A stretch of 64,000 nt of DNA, from the NCBI GenBank assembly GCA_965645245.1, contig OZ287075.1:2108001-2172000 (forward strand), in the 5' to 3' direction. The DNA is from Massalongia carnosa. Taxonomy: Eukaryota. The notes under the pieces are model-generated. The model worked only from the letters and a program-made list of their open reading frames with translations, made no database searches and was not told the DNA's origin. Both the position numbers and the translations under genes were made by a program. Each line of letters starts with the position of its first letter. The first letter of the stretch is position 1. This document shows, in pieces, positions 23,122-33,334 of the stretch.

Positions 23122-26100
23122 TTAACTCGTGGATTGTTCGGTTGCTATCCCCACGTCTCCAAATTGGCCGAGGAGACGTGAGGATAGCATGAATTTGGAT
23201 GCTGCCTTGGCCAGTCTGGGGGTGCTAAAAATTTCTTGGAGATCGAACACCTTCCGGCCTATCCAGATAGTCTCCATGCGCAATCGATGGTGCCTGACGC
23301 ACTCCAGAAGCACATGGTGAACTGTTTGATAACCGAAGCCGCATGGGCATTCGCCCGTTTCGGTGCGGCCTATATCTGAGAGATACTTGCGTAGACCAAT
23401 CTTACCTGTTCTCATCTGCACCAGGGTGGAACTCATTGACTTGTGAAGCCCCTGGTAGAGCTGCAAGACCTTGTTAGTGGGCTGGGGGAGGAGCTTTTTC
23501 GTCATCTGTCCGCGTTTTTCTGCCTCCCAATCCCCAGCCCATTCTTTGCTGATCATTGTCCTCATGTTGCGTTTTATCGCCGACTTCACTGTGTGTCCGA
23601 GGAAGTCGAAGTGGGTGATGGAGGGACTCTGGCCAGGTTCTAACCAGCCTGATGCTTCTTTTGCTGCTTGGTCTGCTATCTCGTTGCCTTCTACTCCCAT
23701 ATGCCCAGGTATCCAGCAGAGTCTGACTCTGGCCTGCATCTCCCGGCATGCGTGGAGTTTTCGAATGATCTCGCGTAGTATGAACTGACCTGATTGAGTT
23801 CCGGGGTCGGCTACTGATTTGATGGCTGATTGATTATCTGCAAAAACCGTTATTATCTCCCCTTGCCATCGTGCAATAGCCGCCGCCAGTCCCAGGTCGA
23901 TGCCCACTAGTTCCGCGAGGTAAACTGTGGCTTCTTTGTTCGTTCCGAGGCGGGTTCCTACCCGTGTGTTGTCGCTGGGGATGACTGCTGCCGCACCAAC
24001 TCCGAAGGGGTTATCACTCCCATCCGTGTATATGACTATTTGGTTCGGCTCTGATGTCATCTTGTCATGCTCTTTGATTGCTTCCTCTTTACTGGAAGCA
24101 ATGTGCGTTTCGGGGGGAGACCACCATGGTTCCACTATGAATGGAAGAATGACCTCTAACCGCCAGGGTTGAGGGCATTTCCCCGAAGTCATTAAGCGGG
24201 ACTCTAGCTTAGCTAGAGGGCTCCAGTATCGATAGTGGGAGTCCGCTTGGCTTGTCCAGGCGCGGATCTCACGTATTATGGCGTAAAGGGGGCTTGAACG
24301 TATGCGCAGTAGTGACTCGTTCACTGCATGCTCCATGCGTTGCCGGCCAGGCAGGAGGTGAAGCTCCATATCCAAGGCCGGGCCCGAGGTTGTTCTAAAT
24401 GCCCCTGAAATGATCAGTGCCGCCCGTCGCTGAATAGATCTGACGGCTTTGAGCACGGCGGTTGCTTGCGTGATAGTCCCGTATCCGCCCTCGGGAACAT
24501 ACCATGCAGAGCATCCAAAGGTGAGTTGCGGTAGTATGGTGGCTTGATAGATCCTTCGAAGGCTCGCAAGACTGGTGCCCCATGTGGAGCCCGCAAGGCT
24601 GCCTAGGGCCCCCAGTCTCTTTGAGGTTTTGGCTTCCAGTTTCCTTAAATGGGCGTGCCATTTGAGCTTGTCGTCGAATGTGGCGCCCAGGTAGGTGGCG
24701 GTATGCTGTGGGTTGATGGTTTTGCCCGCTAGGGAGATAGCTCTCTCTGGGAGGTTCAAATCCGTCTCTGAGGGTCCTTTGATAAAGTGCAAGAGCTGGA
24801 ATTTGGCGGGGGCAAATTTGGAGGCGTGTGTGTCCGCCCATTTCTGCTCTCTCGTCATGAACGAGGCTTCGAGATTTCTACAGTTCTGATCTGCTGAAGT
24901 TCCAATAATTAATTTGGATATGTCATCGACATAGCCCAAGTTCATCTTTTTGGGCCCTTCCTCTTCCATAAGGTCGGCGTTGTAGAAGAGATAAAGAATA
25001 GGAGATATAGGGGATCCCTGAGGGACTCCAAAGTTCGTGGTGAATGGTTGCGAGGTGTAGTCGGGCATGGCGATGGTCGTTTTCCTTTCCTGAAGGAAGC
25101 TTTCGATCCATTTAGCTATGTTGCCGCCTATTCTTCTCTTCCGTAGGTTGTGCAGTAGTCTTTCGTGGGATACGTTATCGTAAGCACCCGAGATGTCCAG
25201 CATGAGCACTGTGGCCACTTCGTTGTTAAGCCAGGCTGCGTGGATGGCCTCTAGGAGCAGATGGAGGGCATGTTCGGGTGATCTAGCTCGCCTGCCGCCT
25301 ATATGGAGTCTGGGGAGTAGGCTCTCGGTCTCCACCGCGTGATTGATTCTGGTTGCAATGATCTTCTCCATAGTCTTACCTAAAGTGTTGAGCAAGGCTA
25401 TGGGTCTGTATGAATTCGGCAAACTGTAGTCGGCCTTAGCTGGTTTTCTGAGAACCACCGTGGTGGATTCTCTGAAAGCATTGGGGTGATGACCCAGTTC
25501 CCAGCTGGCGTTATACAGAGCTACAAGTGTGGGCATGATGAGCGGTAACACATCTCTGAGGATTCTATTAGGCAGTCCGTCGGGGCCTGGGGCCGAGAGT
25601 GGTGCTGCCTTTGTGATGGCTTTAGTTATTTCCCGAGCTGAGATGGGAGCAAATTGGATTGGCTCTGGATAGTTATAATCGGCCATGTCTTCAAGATTGG
25701 TCGCGTCCGGGATAGGAAAAAACTGTCTGCGAAGCAGTTCAGCCTTGCCCGAGGCCTCCGTCACTTTGGAGCCATCGCTTTTCATTAGGGTTGGGGTGAA
25801 GGCTTGGAATGGGGTCGACCTGTTCTTAGCCCATTTCGCAAGCTTCCAGAGACCATCTGGAGTGCTGGTGGCCTCCTCTACCCTGTCCCTATGTGTTGTC
25901 TTAAGAGCTTTTTGTACGATTTTGTTTTTGCTGTTTCTCGCCTCTCGGTAGGCTTCCCAGTCTTCCAGAGAGCGCGTTTCCTTATGCTTGCGCCTGAGAC
26001 GTCTGCATAGGGTGACTGCCTCTTTGCATTCCGGGGTAAAGCCAGGTTTTGAATGATTGCACCCTCTAGAAAGTGGGACTGCTGTCTCCACTGCGTGCTG

Positions 26101-26976
26101 GATAGCTTCAACTAACTCATGGGCCAAGTTGTCGAGTTCTTGAACTGTGCTCACGCTCCTAGGTGCCGGGAGCTTGTCTGTCATCGTGTCTAGTAGCTTT
26201 TTCCTATCAGTCTTAGACCACATGCGAGAGGACCTTATGGCCCTCTTAACTGTGGTGATATCGAATGCTGTGCCAATGGGGTAGTGATCTGAGTCACAAT
26301 CCAACTCTCTTCTCACATCGCACATGAGTACGGCTGAAGCCACTGCGGGGGTTGCGAACGTTAAGTCTATCGTGCTCTGTGCTGATCTATGATCGTATGT
26401 TATGGTGCCAGGGGGGAGCAGAAGTTCTAGCTCGCTTTGATCGAGAATCTCCAGTAGTTGGTCTGCCTCCGGGTGTTGATGATGGTAGTCTTCGCCAGTC
26501 CATAGGGGATGGTGAAGATTGAAGTCCCCTACCACTATGTGTTCTCCCTCCACCTCTAGCGCCTTGCTTAGGTCTGGCAAGGTGCTGTAGTTTCCCTGAG
26601 AGGGGGAGGGATTGTAGATGTTATGGATATTGATGACTCGCTGGGTTTCGCCAGGAAATTCCAAGTGCAAAGTCATCAGATCGGGAGAGTGGAAGGTTAC
26701 CTTCCAAGAGGCGCTTGCTATGTCTTTGTTGACGAACATGCATACTCTCGGAGGGAGCTCTTGTTCTCCTGTTTCGGGGGGATAGAGAAGGTGGAAAACA
26801 TTTTTGACCGGATTGTGCGTGGTGTGTTGATAGGGGTTCCCCGCCCAGGGTTCCTGGATGGCCAGGATGCCGTATTTCATGCTTTCCTCCCTGCGAAGGA
26901 AGTCCGCCATGACAGTGTTCTTGGATTTGTTGCAGTTGTACTGAAGTATGGACAGATAGTGGGTGTATTCACTCAT
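23122..26976 (-). CDS. LINE ORF2: APE endonuclease, reverse transcriptase, RNase H, zinc finger (1284 aa)
   Basis: IQEPW, GDFNLHH, SDHYPI, GVPQGSP, YVDD, IYTDGS...WIPGHMGVEGNEIAD, CPCG...HVLLEC; uninterrupted. Confidence 0.97.
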   Translation of the reverse strand: MSEYTHYLSILQYNCNKSKNTVMADFLRREESMKYGILAIQEPWAGNPYQHTTHNPVKNVFHLLYPPETGEQELPPRVCMFVNKDIASASWKVTFHSPDLMTLHLEFPGETQRVINIHNIYNPSPSQGNYSTLPDLSKALEVEGEHIVVGDFNLHHPLWTGEDYHHQHPEADQLLEILDQSELELLLPPGTITYDHRSAQSTIDLTFATPAVASAVLMCDVRRELDCDSDHYPIGTAFDITTVKRAIRSSRMWSKTDRKKLLDTMTDKLPAPRSVSTVQELDNLAHELVEAIQHAVETAVPLSRGCNHSKPGFTPECKEAVTLCRRLRRKHKETRSLEDWEAYREARNSKNKIVQKALKTTHRDRVEEATSTPDGLWKLAKWAKNRSTPFQAFTPTLMKSDGSKVTEASGKAELLRRQFFPIPDATNLEDMADYNYPEPIQFAPISAREITKAITKAAPLSAPGPDGLPNRILRDVLPLIMPTLVALYNASWELGHHPNAFRESTTVVLRKPAKADYSLPNSYRPIALLNTLGKTMEKIIATRINHAVETESLLPRLHIGGRRARSPEHALHLLLEAIHAAWLNNEVATVLMLDISGAYDNVSHERLLHNLRKRRIGGNIAKWIESFLQERKTTIAMPDYTSQPFTTNFGVPQGSPISPILYLFYNADLMEEEGPKKMNLGYVDDISKLIIGTSADQNCRNLEASFMTREQKWADTHASKFAPAKFQLLHFIKGPSETDLNLPERAISLAGKTINPQHTATYLGATFDDKLKWHAHLRKLEAKTSKRLGALGSLAGSTWGTSLASLRRIYQATILPQLTFGCSAWYVPEGGYGTITQATAVLKAVRSIQRRAALIISGAFRTTSGPALDMELHLLPGRQRMEHAVNESLLRIRSSPLYAIIREIRAWTSQADSHYRYWSPLAKLESRLMTSGKCPQPWRLEVILPFIVEPWWSPPETHIASSKEEAIKEHDKMTSEPNQIVIYTDGSDNPFGVGAAAVIPSDNTRVGTRLGTNKEATVYLAELVGIDLGLAAAIARWQGEIITVFADNQSAIKSVADPGTQSGQFILREIIRKLHACREMQARVRLCWIPGHMGVEGNEIADQAAKEASGWLEPGQSPSITHFDFLGHTVKSAIKRNMRTMISKEWAGDWEAEKRGQMTKKLLPQPTNKVLQLYQGLHKSMSSTLVQMRTGKIGLRKYLSDIGRTETGECPCGFGYQTVHHVLLECVRHHRLRMETIWIGRKVFDLQEIFSTPRLAKAASKFMLSSRLLGQFGDVGIATEQSTS

Positions 26977-28670
26977 AGTTCCTCTTCTGTCTGAGTACTG
27001 GTCTGCAAGCGACGGGTTGCCGATCTGGTGGTCATTGAAGAACTATCGTCGTTCTCCTTATCGCTCAAGACCTCCACAGCCTTCGAGGAGGGTTTCTTCT
27101 TTCCCTTCTTAGAAGCTGCTTGTGCCATGCTCCTGTTGGTAGAACTGGGGTTGTCTGCCAGGGGCTCTACCTCCCCATGCGCCCGCTTCTTCCCCTTGCG
27201 GAGAGTTGGCACGGTTTGCCAATCTTTCTCTCGTACAGAGCCCGTTCGAGGGCCCTGTTCCACCTGGGTTGAGGCTGGGGTCACCTCACTGCTTGTCGTG
27301 ACCGTCGGCGTGGTCGATGCCGGCGGACCGCTCCGTTCTTGTTCCTGACCATTTAGGGTCTCCCTTGAGGAGGCCCTGAGAGGCCAGAAGGGGAGAGCTT
27401 CTTCTTTGGCCCGCTTCATTCGGGCCTTTTCCTTCTTTCGCTCCGGGCAAGACTCTGCGCTTGCCCCGTGGCCCTCCTTGCCACACGCATTGCATTTGAG
27501 AGTGACCGATTTGCAGTCGGTCATGTGGTGACTTTCGGAACATTTGAAGCATGTTTGATGCTTCTGTCGGCAAGCATGGCTCGTGTGACCATACTTACCG
27601 CACCGGAAACATTGCCTAAGCCTGGCCTCCGGAACATGTCTTTCCACCGCGAAAGATCTCCCATCCAAATATAGCTGCGAGGCCAAAATGGCATTGCAGT
27701 CTAATTCGTTCTCAAAGTATACCACCATGGATCTAGCTGTGGCTCCTGCCTTACTCGTGCGGGACAACCATTCTACTCCTGTTACCCTATTCCTAACGGG
27801 CATATGTGACTTATTTTCCTCCCAGAGGCGTTCCTTGATGTCTGTCATGCTTAGATTAGCCGGTACAAAGTGCGCGATTAAGCCGAAGCTTGGCTGTATT
27901 ATAGTAGCTTTGCTCGATAGCCTGATGGCCCATCGGGTGTCTTTTCTTAGGCGTTCCGTGTCTGAGGCGTTGTTGACTATTACCTGTAGGTCTCCGCTAG
28001 GGAGGACCCTTGCTGCTATTGCTACGGCTGCTGCCTTGGCTGTGCCATTGGAAATAGGGGGGGCGGGAGCGTTTTGATTGGTCGGAATTCTCGTGTTGTT
28101 ATGATCCTTTAACGCGTTAGATATTGCCGCGTTGATTCTGTCTTTGAGCGCTGAGGAGGCCAGTTTGGCCAGATCCTTTGCTATGGCTTCGTTGTTCAGT
28201 TTGACGACGATTTCCCGAGCTTTCTCTTCTAGTATAGGAGCGGGGATGGACGTCCCCGAAAGCGTAGAGATCGTTGGGGCCGAGGCAGCAAAGGCTGCCC
28301 GTTCTGCCCAGGTTATCGTCCTCTTGTAGCCAGTAGTGGCCGCGGAGGAGGTAGTGGGTGTTGTGCGGGCGGTGTCTTGCTTGCGCTCGACATAGGTGAC
28401 TTTAGTGAGCGTTTGCTCTGTAGTGTTCTTTATTTGGTTGATGGTAGCTTGGAGCTGATCCATTGTGGGCTGGTTGCGCATCTTCTCCAGTAGGCTGAGC
28501 ATACTGGAGAGTAACGGGGTGTAAGACTGAACCTTCATAGGTCTTTGCTTCTGATATGCCTCGCAGTTAGTTAAGTTATTAAGCACATTGGTGAGGAAGT
28601 GACGATGCTCGTCTAGTGAATCGGGGGGGGCGTCGTTGGGCACGACAAAAGAGCTCCCCATGGTTGCCAC
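26973..28670 (-). CDS. LINE ORF1 gag-like protein with three CCHC knuckles
   Basis: CFRCGKYGHTSHAC, CFKCSESHHMTDC, CNACGKEGHGASAESC; overlaps ORF2 by ATGA. Confidence 0.93.
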   Translation of the reverse strand: MATMGSSFVVPNDAPPDSLDEHRHFLTNVLNNLTNCEAYQKQRPMKVQSYTPLLSSMLSLLEKMRNQPTMDQLQATINQIKNTTEQTLTKVTYVERKQDTARTTPTTSSAATTGYKRTITWAERAAFAASAPTISTLSGTSIPAPILEEKAREIVVKLNNEAIAKDLAKLASSALKDRINAAISNALKDHNNTRIPTNQNAPAPPISNGTAKAAAVAIAARVLPSGDLQVIVNNASDTERLRKDTRWAIRLSSKATIIQPSFGLIAHFVPANLSMTDIKERLWEENKSHMPVRNRVTGVEWLSRTSKAGATARSMVVYFENELDCNAILASQLYLDGRSFAVERHVPEARLRQCFRCGKYGHTSHACRQKHQTCFKCSESHHMTDCKSVTLKCNACGKEGHGASAESCPERKKEKARMKRAKEEALPFWPLRASSRETLNGQEQERSGPPASTTPTVTTSSEVTPASTQVEQGPRTGSVREKDWQTVPTLRKGKKRAHGEVEPLADNPSSTNRSMAQAASKKGKKKPSSKAVEVLSDKENDDSSSMTTRSATRRLQTSTQTEEEL

Positions 28671-28848
28671 AATGCAGCCACAACAGAAGGGACGATATAA
28701 CTTTCGGCCAAGATAGCTACAGAGTCGGGGAGCAATTCTACGTGATCACAATGACTATTGAGGGCTTGTATGGGTAACGAATGCAATTTCTAGTGCTAGC
28801 TAAAAAGTTTTCGCTCGTCGATCTTGGATTATAAATGCCCCCGAACTA

Positions 28849-28919
28849 ATCGTGCCAAAACACTAAACCCCAACCGAGTAGACCCTGACTCGGTTTGGGG
28901 TTTAGTGTTTTGGCACGAT
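28849..28919. mobile_element. 71-bp palindromic MITE with TA TSD
   Basis: ATCGTGCCAAAACACTAAACCCC-AACCGAGT and its complement around an 8-nt loop; TA on both sides; absent at the paralogous site near 48170. Confidence 0.8.
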
Positions 28920-29688
28920 TAATTTGGATGTCGGACATTCCATCCCAGCCACCAAAATCGACCTCCTCCCTACTTGTCGCATCGTGCATGATGACGCTAA
29001 ACCTTAAATTCCGAAGAACATCAAAACATCCAATCAATATTCAAAAAAATTGTTGTCAGATAGATGATGATGGGCGAAGACCTCGCTTGCTACTACAGAA
29101 AAGGGAGATGACTATATACAGAGTGACAGGGCTGAGGGCCGAGCTCGCTTAGTAATGGCCACTTTGACAAATTGTATGAGTCAGAGCAGTTCTTGTCTAA
29201 CCAATGATACCTTTTACGATAATGCGCGTTGACAAGCATTTGCCCCTATGAGCATATAATTAAAGGAGGACACGAAAGTATCCCGATGCGTTCCGAGATA
29301 AACCATTGGCTGACAGCCTTTAGGGGCCAAACTGAGGCTGAAAAACAAGCACTCAGTCGACATACGCTTTCGCCTCAAACAAGCAGCGCGAACGTATCCT
29401 ACCACAAACGTAGAATCTAGAATCTAGAATCACGCAATATACTGTAAAACTTTATATTGTCTCCTTCAGCAAGGAAAAAGACGGTATGAAAGTGGGGCTG
29501 AAATGCTGCTGACAAACATGCAATATACCTCCATATAGTCTTAAGATCACCACATCGTCATTCTTCTAATCCTATCCTCTTCAACTTAAATTATATTACA
29601 CAGTCATTGCATCACTTATTATAAGATTAAGATTTCTCCATTCCTGAACAGATTTGAACGAGTTGTGTTCAAGTCTTCCATCCCTGCC

Positions 29689-32190
29689 ATGGGGTCGACT
29701 TCCAATGCAGTACAGGCGCCATGAGTAACGGCGCCATCAGTGAGCCTCGACGAGAGAGTGCGGACAAGGACCGATTACGAATCGAGATGGCGGTTTTGGC
29801 GCACCGATCCCCTCAACGGAAAAAAGGGATGGTCTAAAGGGCTTTTTTATGAGAAGCCCAACCGATCGCATCTGGATGGTGAATACCACCATGGTTTTGA
29901 CCTGCAACCCGATAAAGACGGCAAGAAGACTGAATACTATCATCGTGATTATTACGGCCGGGTGACATGGCGGCCGCGAGATGTGATTCGATATATTAGC
30001 CCGAACAACGGGGTGCCAAGCCGGCTGATTGTTCAGGCCACGCCCTCGGCAATCGCGAAAAACCCTGCTGGGAATTGGCGGCGAACGAGTTTAACAGGGC
30101 AAGTCCCTTTCGTCTTTAAACTTTCAGAATGGGCTTTGTCGCCGTCGGATCCAAGGCCAGATGAACGCCGCCGCTTCTTCGGCATTCTTAATTCATTTGT
30201 CCGAATACTCTTGATCGCTCCTGTTCTGTTATTTATGCTTTCTCTACCGTTGGATCAAGCCAGGGTGAATTCCGAGTTTCAAGACACCTACAATCAATTC
30301 CCAAATTATTTCTGGGATTATCCTAGGTATGCGAGGAACAAAATGGACATGAGACCGTTTTCCAGTCCCGAAGGTCGTCAAGCCCTTGAGAAGCAAGATA
30401 TGAAGGATGTCTCCTATAAGGTCAGGCTAGTAAGACCTCGTCAGCTGATGGTATTAAAGGGTGGAAAATGGTATCTCGATCCTAATCCTCACCAACGTGT
30501 GTCCTACATCTTCATTAGCTGGACGAGTAGACACTTCAAGGCTTGGGTATCAGAGCAAGCTCGTGTCAAGATCGAGAAGATTGCTCAAGCTCAGGCTATA
30601 CAAGCTGGGGTGACTGCATATTGGTTTGATGTCCGTTGTATGGCACCAGAGAAAGAGAAAGAGATTCGTGATGCAGACGTGTATAGAATGTGCGATGTGA
30701 TCCGAGGAGCACAGTTGGTATGTGTCGTTCTTCCCGATCTGACCAGTCACTTCAAGAGGGATTGGGGTTCCCGTATGTGGACTTTGCCCGAGGCAATGCT
30801 GTCGCAAAGCCGTACCATTACGTTTTGTTCCCCTGGAGAAGAGACCTTGGGTGAACCCTCTCGGAATGTAGAAATATTGGATAAGCTTTCCTACAATGTC
30901 GAGACATTGACCAAGCTTGATATGACGGATGAGATATGGAATCAGAATGAAGCTCGAGATCAATCCACTCGTCTTTTGGCCGAACACTTTTCTGGTGTAC
31001 TTCACCTCGGTCGGTTGGAACTCTTCACAATTGCCTATGAAGCTTTGGCTAGCAAAGAATATTCAGAGTATACCAAAGCTGATCCGGCTTATGCATTGAT
31101 GGGTTTCCTGAATCATCGTGTTCAGCTTAAAGGAAATGAGGGTCTCTTTGAAGCGCTGGCTCGCTTGTCATTGGAAAATGATAGCGATCGTCTCATCGAA
31201 CGAATGGTTTGCATGTTTCCAGACCCGGACAACGGCGCAAAAGATACGTTCAGTATGACCAGACCCGACAAATTTGGTGCCTGGCTCTGGGATATCAAGC
31301 CTGTCTGTCAAGTCGCTGGCCTTGGCCAAGGCGGCGAAATCATCCTCGACCGATGCCGTGGCGTCTCCATTCGATGGAAAGGTTTTCCGCAAATGCAATA
31401 TAACCGTGGGTTTGGGTTACGAAGGCTCATAGCAGAGCTTGTTATTCGTTCTGGAGTTTACACATTGAGCTTAGGGTTTGGCCTGATCTTCAGCTATATT
31501 CTCACCTATTTCGCCGACGTAAAACGTAGAGATGCAGATCGACAAACAACGTCTCTATTAAAAAGCCAGATCGAAAATGAGGACATAAACGGTTCCTTCA
31601 GCATCTATGACTTAGAGATTGCTAGAGACATTATGTTCCTCGTCATCGGATTTCTGCTACTATGTTTCTCCTTATTGCTCGCTCTGACCGCACCAGCCGC
31701 TGTACGCCGGCTTTTTGGCGGCAAAATTACCAAATCGGCCCCTTGGCTCATCGGATTCGAAGGCGTCATGCCACTCCAAGAGCTGGAGAAAACCATTTTT
31801 GGTAACGCGCGCGGAAGGCTGATTTACGAGCCCTCCAGCACTCCATTCTCCGAACGCGAACCTTATGAACGGCTGGGCCGCGAACCAGCTTGGGTTACGG
31901 AACATAACGATCCCCAGTCGACTAATCAGCCTCCTCCGCTGCCACATGGTCATCGTTTCTTTACCCTGGTAGACACAGGCGAGCTCAGTGTCAGCATCTT
32001 CTCCGCCGTCCGACCGCCATCTGTAGCCTTGATTTGTGGCCGCGAGGGCGGCATGCTGCGGACTTTGCTCTGTCATTACGAGCGGAGCAATAACTGCCTG
32101 TATCGAGAAAGCGTTTTGCGAATGAACAGCATGACGTTGAATAAAGCCCAAGAGTTGAGCTGGGTGAAGCTAAGTTTGGGAAAACCTTGA
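29689..32190 (+). pseudogene. HET-like domain membrane protein, copy with early nonsense codon
   Basis: ATG 29689; codon 12 is TGA (29722-29724) where the other copy has GGA; remainder open with YIFISW, YWFD.RC, DVYRMCDVIRGA, RMWTLPE. Confidence 0.72.
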
Positions 32191-32782
32191 CTTTGTAGAA
32201 ATGGCCCATAGGTCAACTTTCTCACGCTGTAATTTTCAGGCGCGCGGTCTAGCTTCGATGTCGCAGTTTACAATTTCGATAATAAGACGTTGTTTTTGCA
32301 TCCTTGTAATGCCCTGTAATGTGCTGTCAAGTAAGATTCTCAAAGGATGCTTTGATTCGGAGCTAAAGTGGCATAAGATGGCGAAAGATGGAGAGAATCG
32401 TTTGATAAGGATATTTGATGATATGTCTTCAGACACATGATTATGACCTTCGAGTGTTTAAGATGTTGATAAATGACGAAAGAGTAATTAGTTACATTAC
32501 GCTTATGCGTAGCTGATATGCAGGCTTATGAGAAGGATTTGATTTCGGCATATGATGAAGATTATATTGTCGTTCAATCTATCTGGAGCCCAGAAGTATT
32601 CCGCGGCTAATCGAACATATCCAGGAACACATCTAGCAACAATAACAACATCGCTCGATCTCTTGCGTCACGTAGATTCATCGTCGACCCGGTGACAAGC
32701 TCAATTTTTGATGTCTAGAGACTTCTTCGCGGTACTGTTCGATTTCCCAGTCCCTCACATGCTTGAACAAGATCTTCAGCTC

Positions 32783-33133
32783 TTAGCAGAACTTCTCTTT
32801 AGCGGGGACGCTGGCGAAGTCGAAGCAGATGTATTTAATCTTTTGCAGCACTTCGACTTCTTTGTATTTTGGATGCCGAGGCAGTCGGAAAGGCGTAAGG
32901 TCCCAGGAGTTTAGTCCCTTCTCATGCTTCTCTTGCGCGCTGTATTTTCGGACCCGCATTTTATTCCCCTTTATCTTCAAGACAATACGAATACACGACT
33001 TCGGCGAGTTTTTGCAACTGCAAGCCTGTTCGTCCACAAATATCTCGGTGTCGAGCTCGATGTGCAGGAAGGTGTATTTCTCTTCGCGGGAAGATTGCAA
33101 TGCCCTTGGCACGGCTCCCGATTATGGGAGTAT
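32783..33133 (-). pseudogene. Duplicated 3' fragment of the hypothetical gene at 42480-44319
   Basis: Same peptide EEKYTFLHIELD...; 35-bp deletion relative to ~43982-44016. Confidence 0.85.
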
Positions 33134-33334
33134 AATAGTGACAGAGGAAAACCCTACACCTAATCGAAACTCTTATTCCTTCCATCCCTCATCATCTTCA
33201 TCCTCTCCATTCCCACTCTCATCATTCATCTTCTCCATCCTTTACATTCACATATCGAATTTTGCTACATCAACGATTGCACAAACATTCAAACTCTGCA
33301 AATCGACTTGTAATCCCTCAAGCAATCAACCATC

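Larger units (their letters stand above)
22767..28812 (-). mobile_element. Full-length Tad1-like LINE with RNase H (LINE-B)
   Basis: 14-bp TSD GCTCGTCGATCTTG (22753-22766 and 28813-28826); (CAAT)n tail; empty site in the right arm near 48195-48208. Confidence 0.97.
21908..33133. repeat. Left arm of large inverted duplication (partner 43934-49049)
   Basis: Near-identical ORFs in opposite orientation; the extra ~6 kb is the LINE at 22767-28812. Confidence 0.95.

Noticed and set aside
30550..32209. Antisense ORFs repeated in both arms
   Set aside because: Shadows of the HET-like gene; their recurrence reflects the duplication only.
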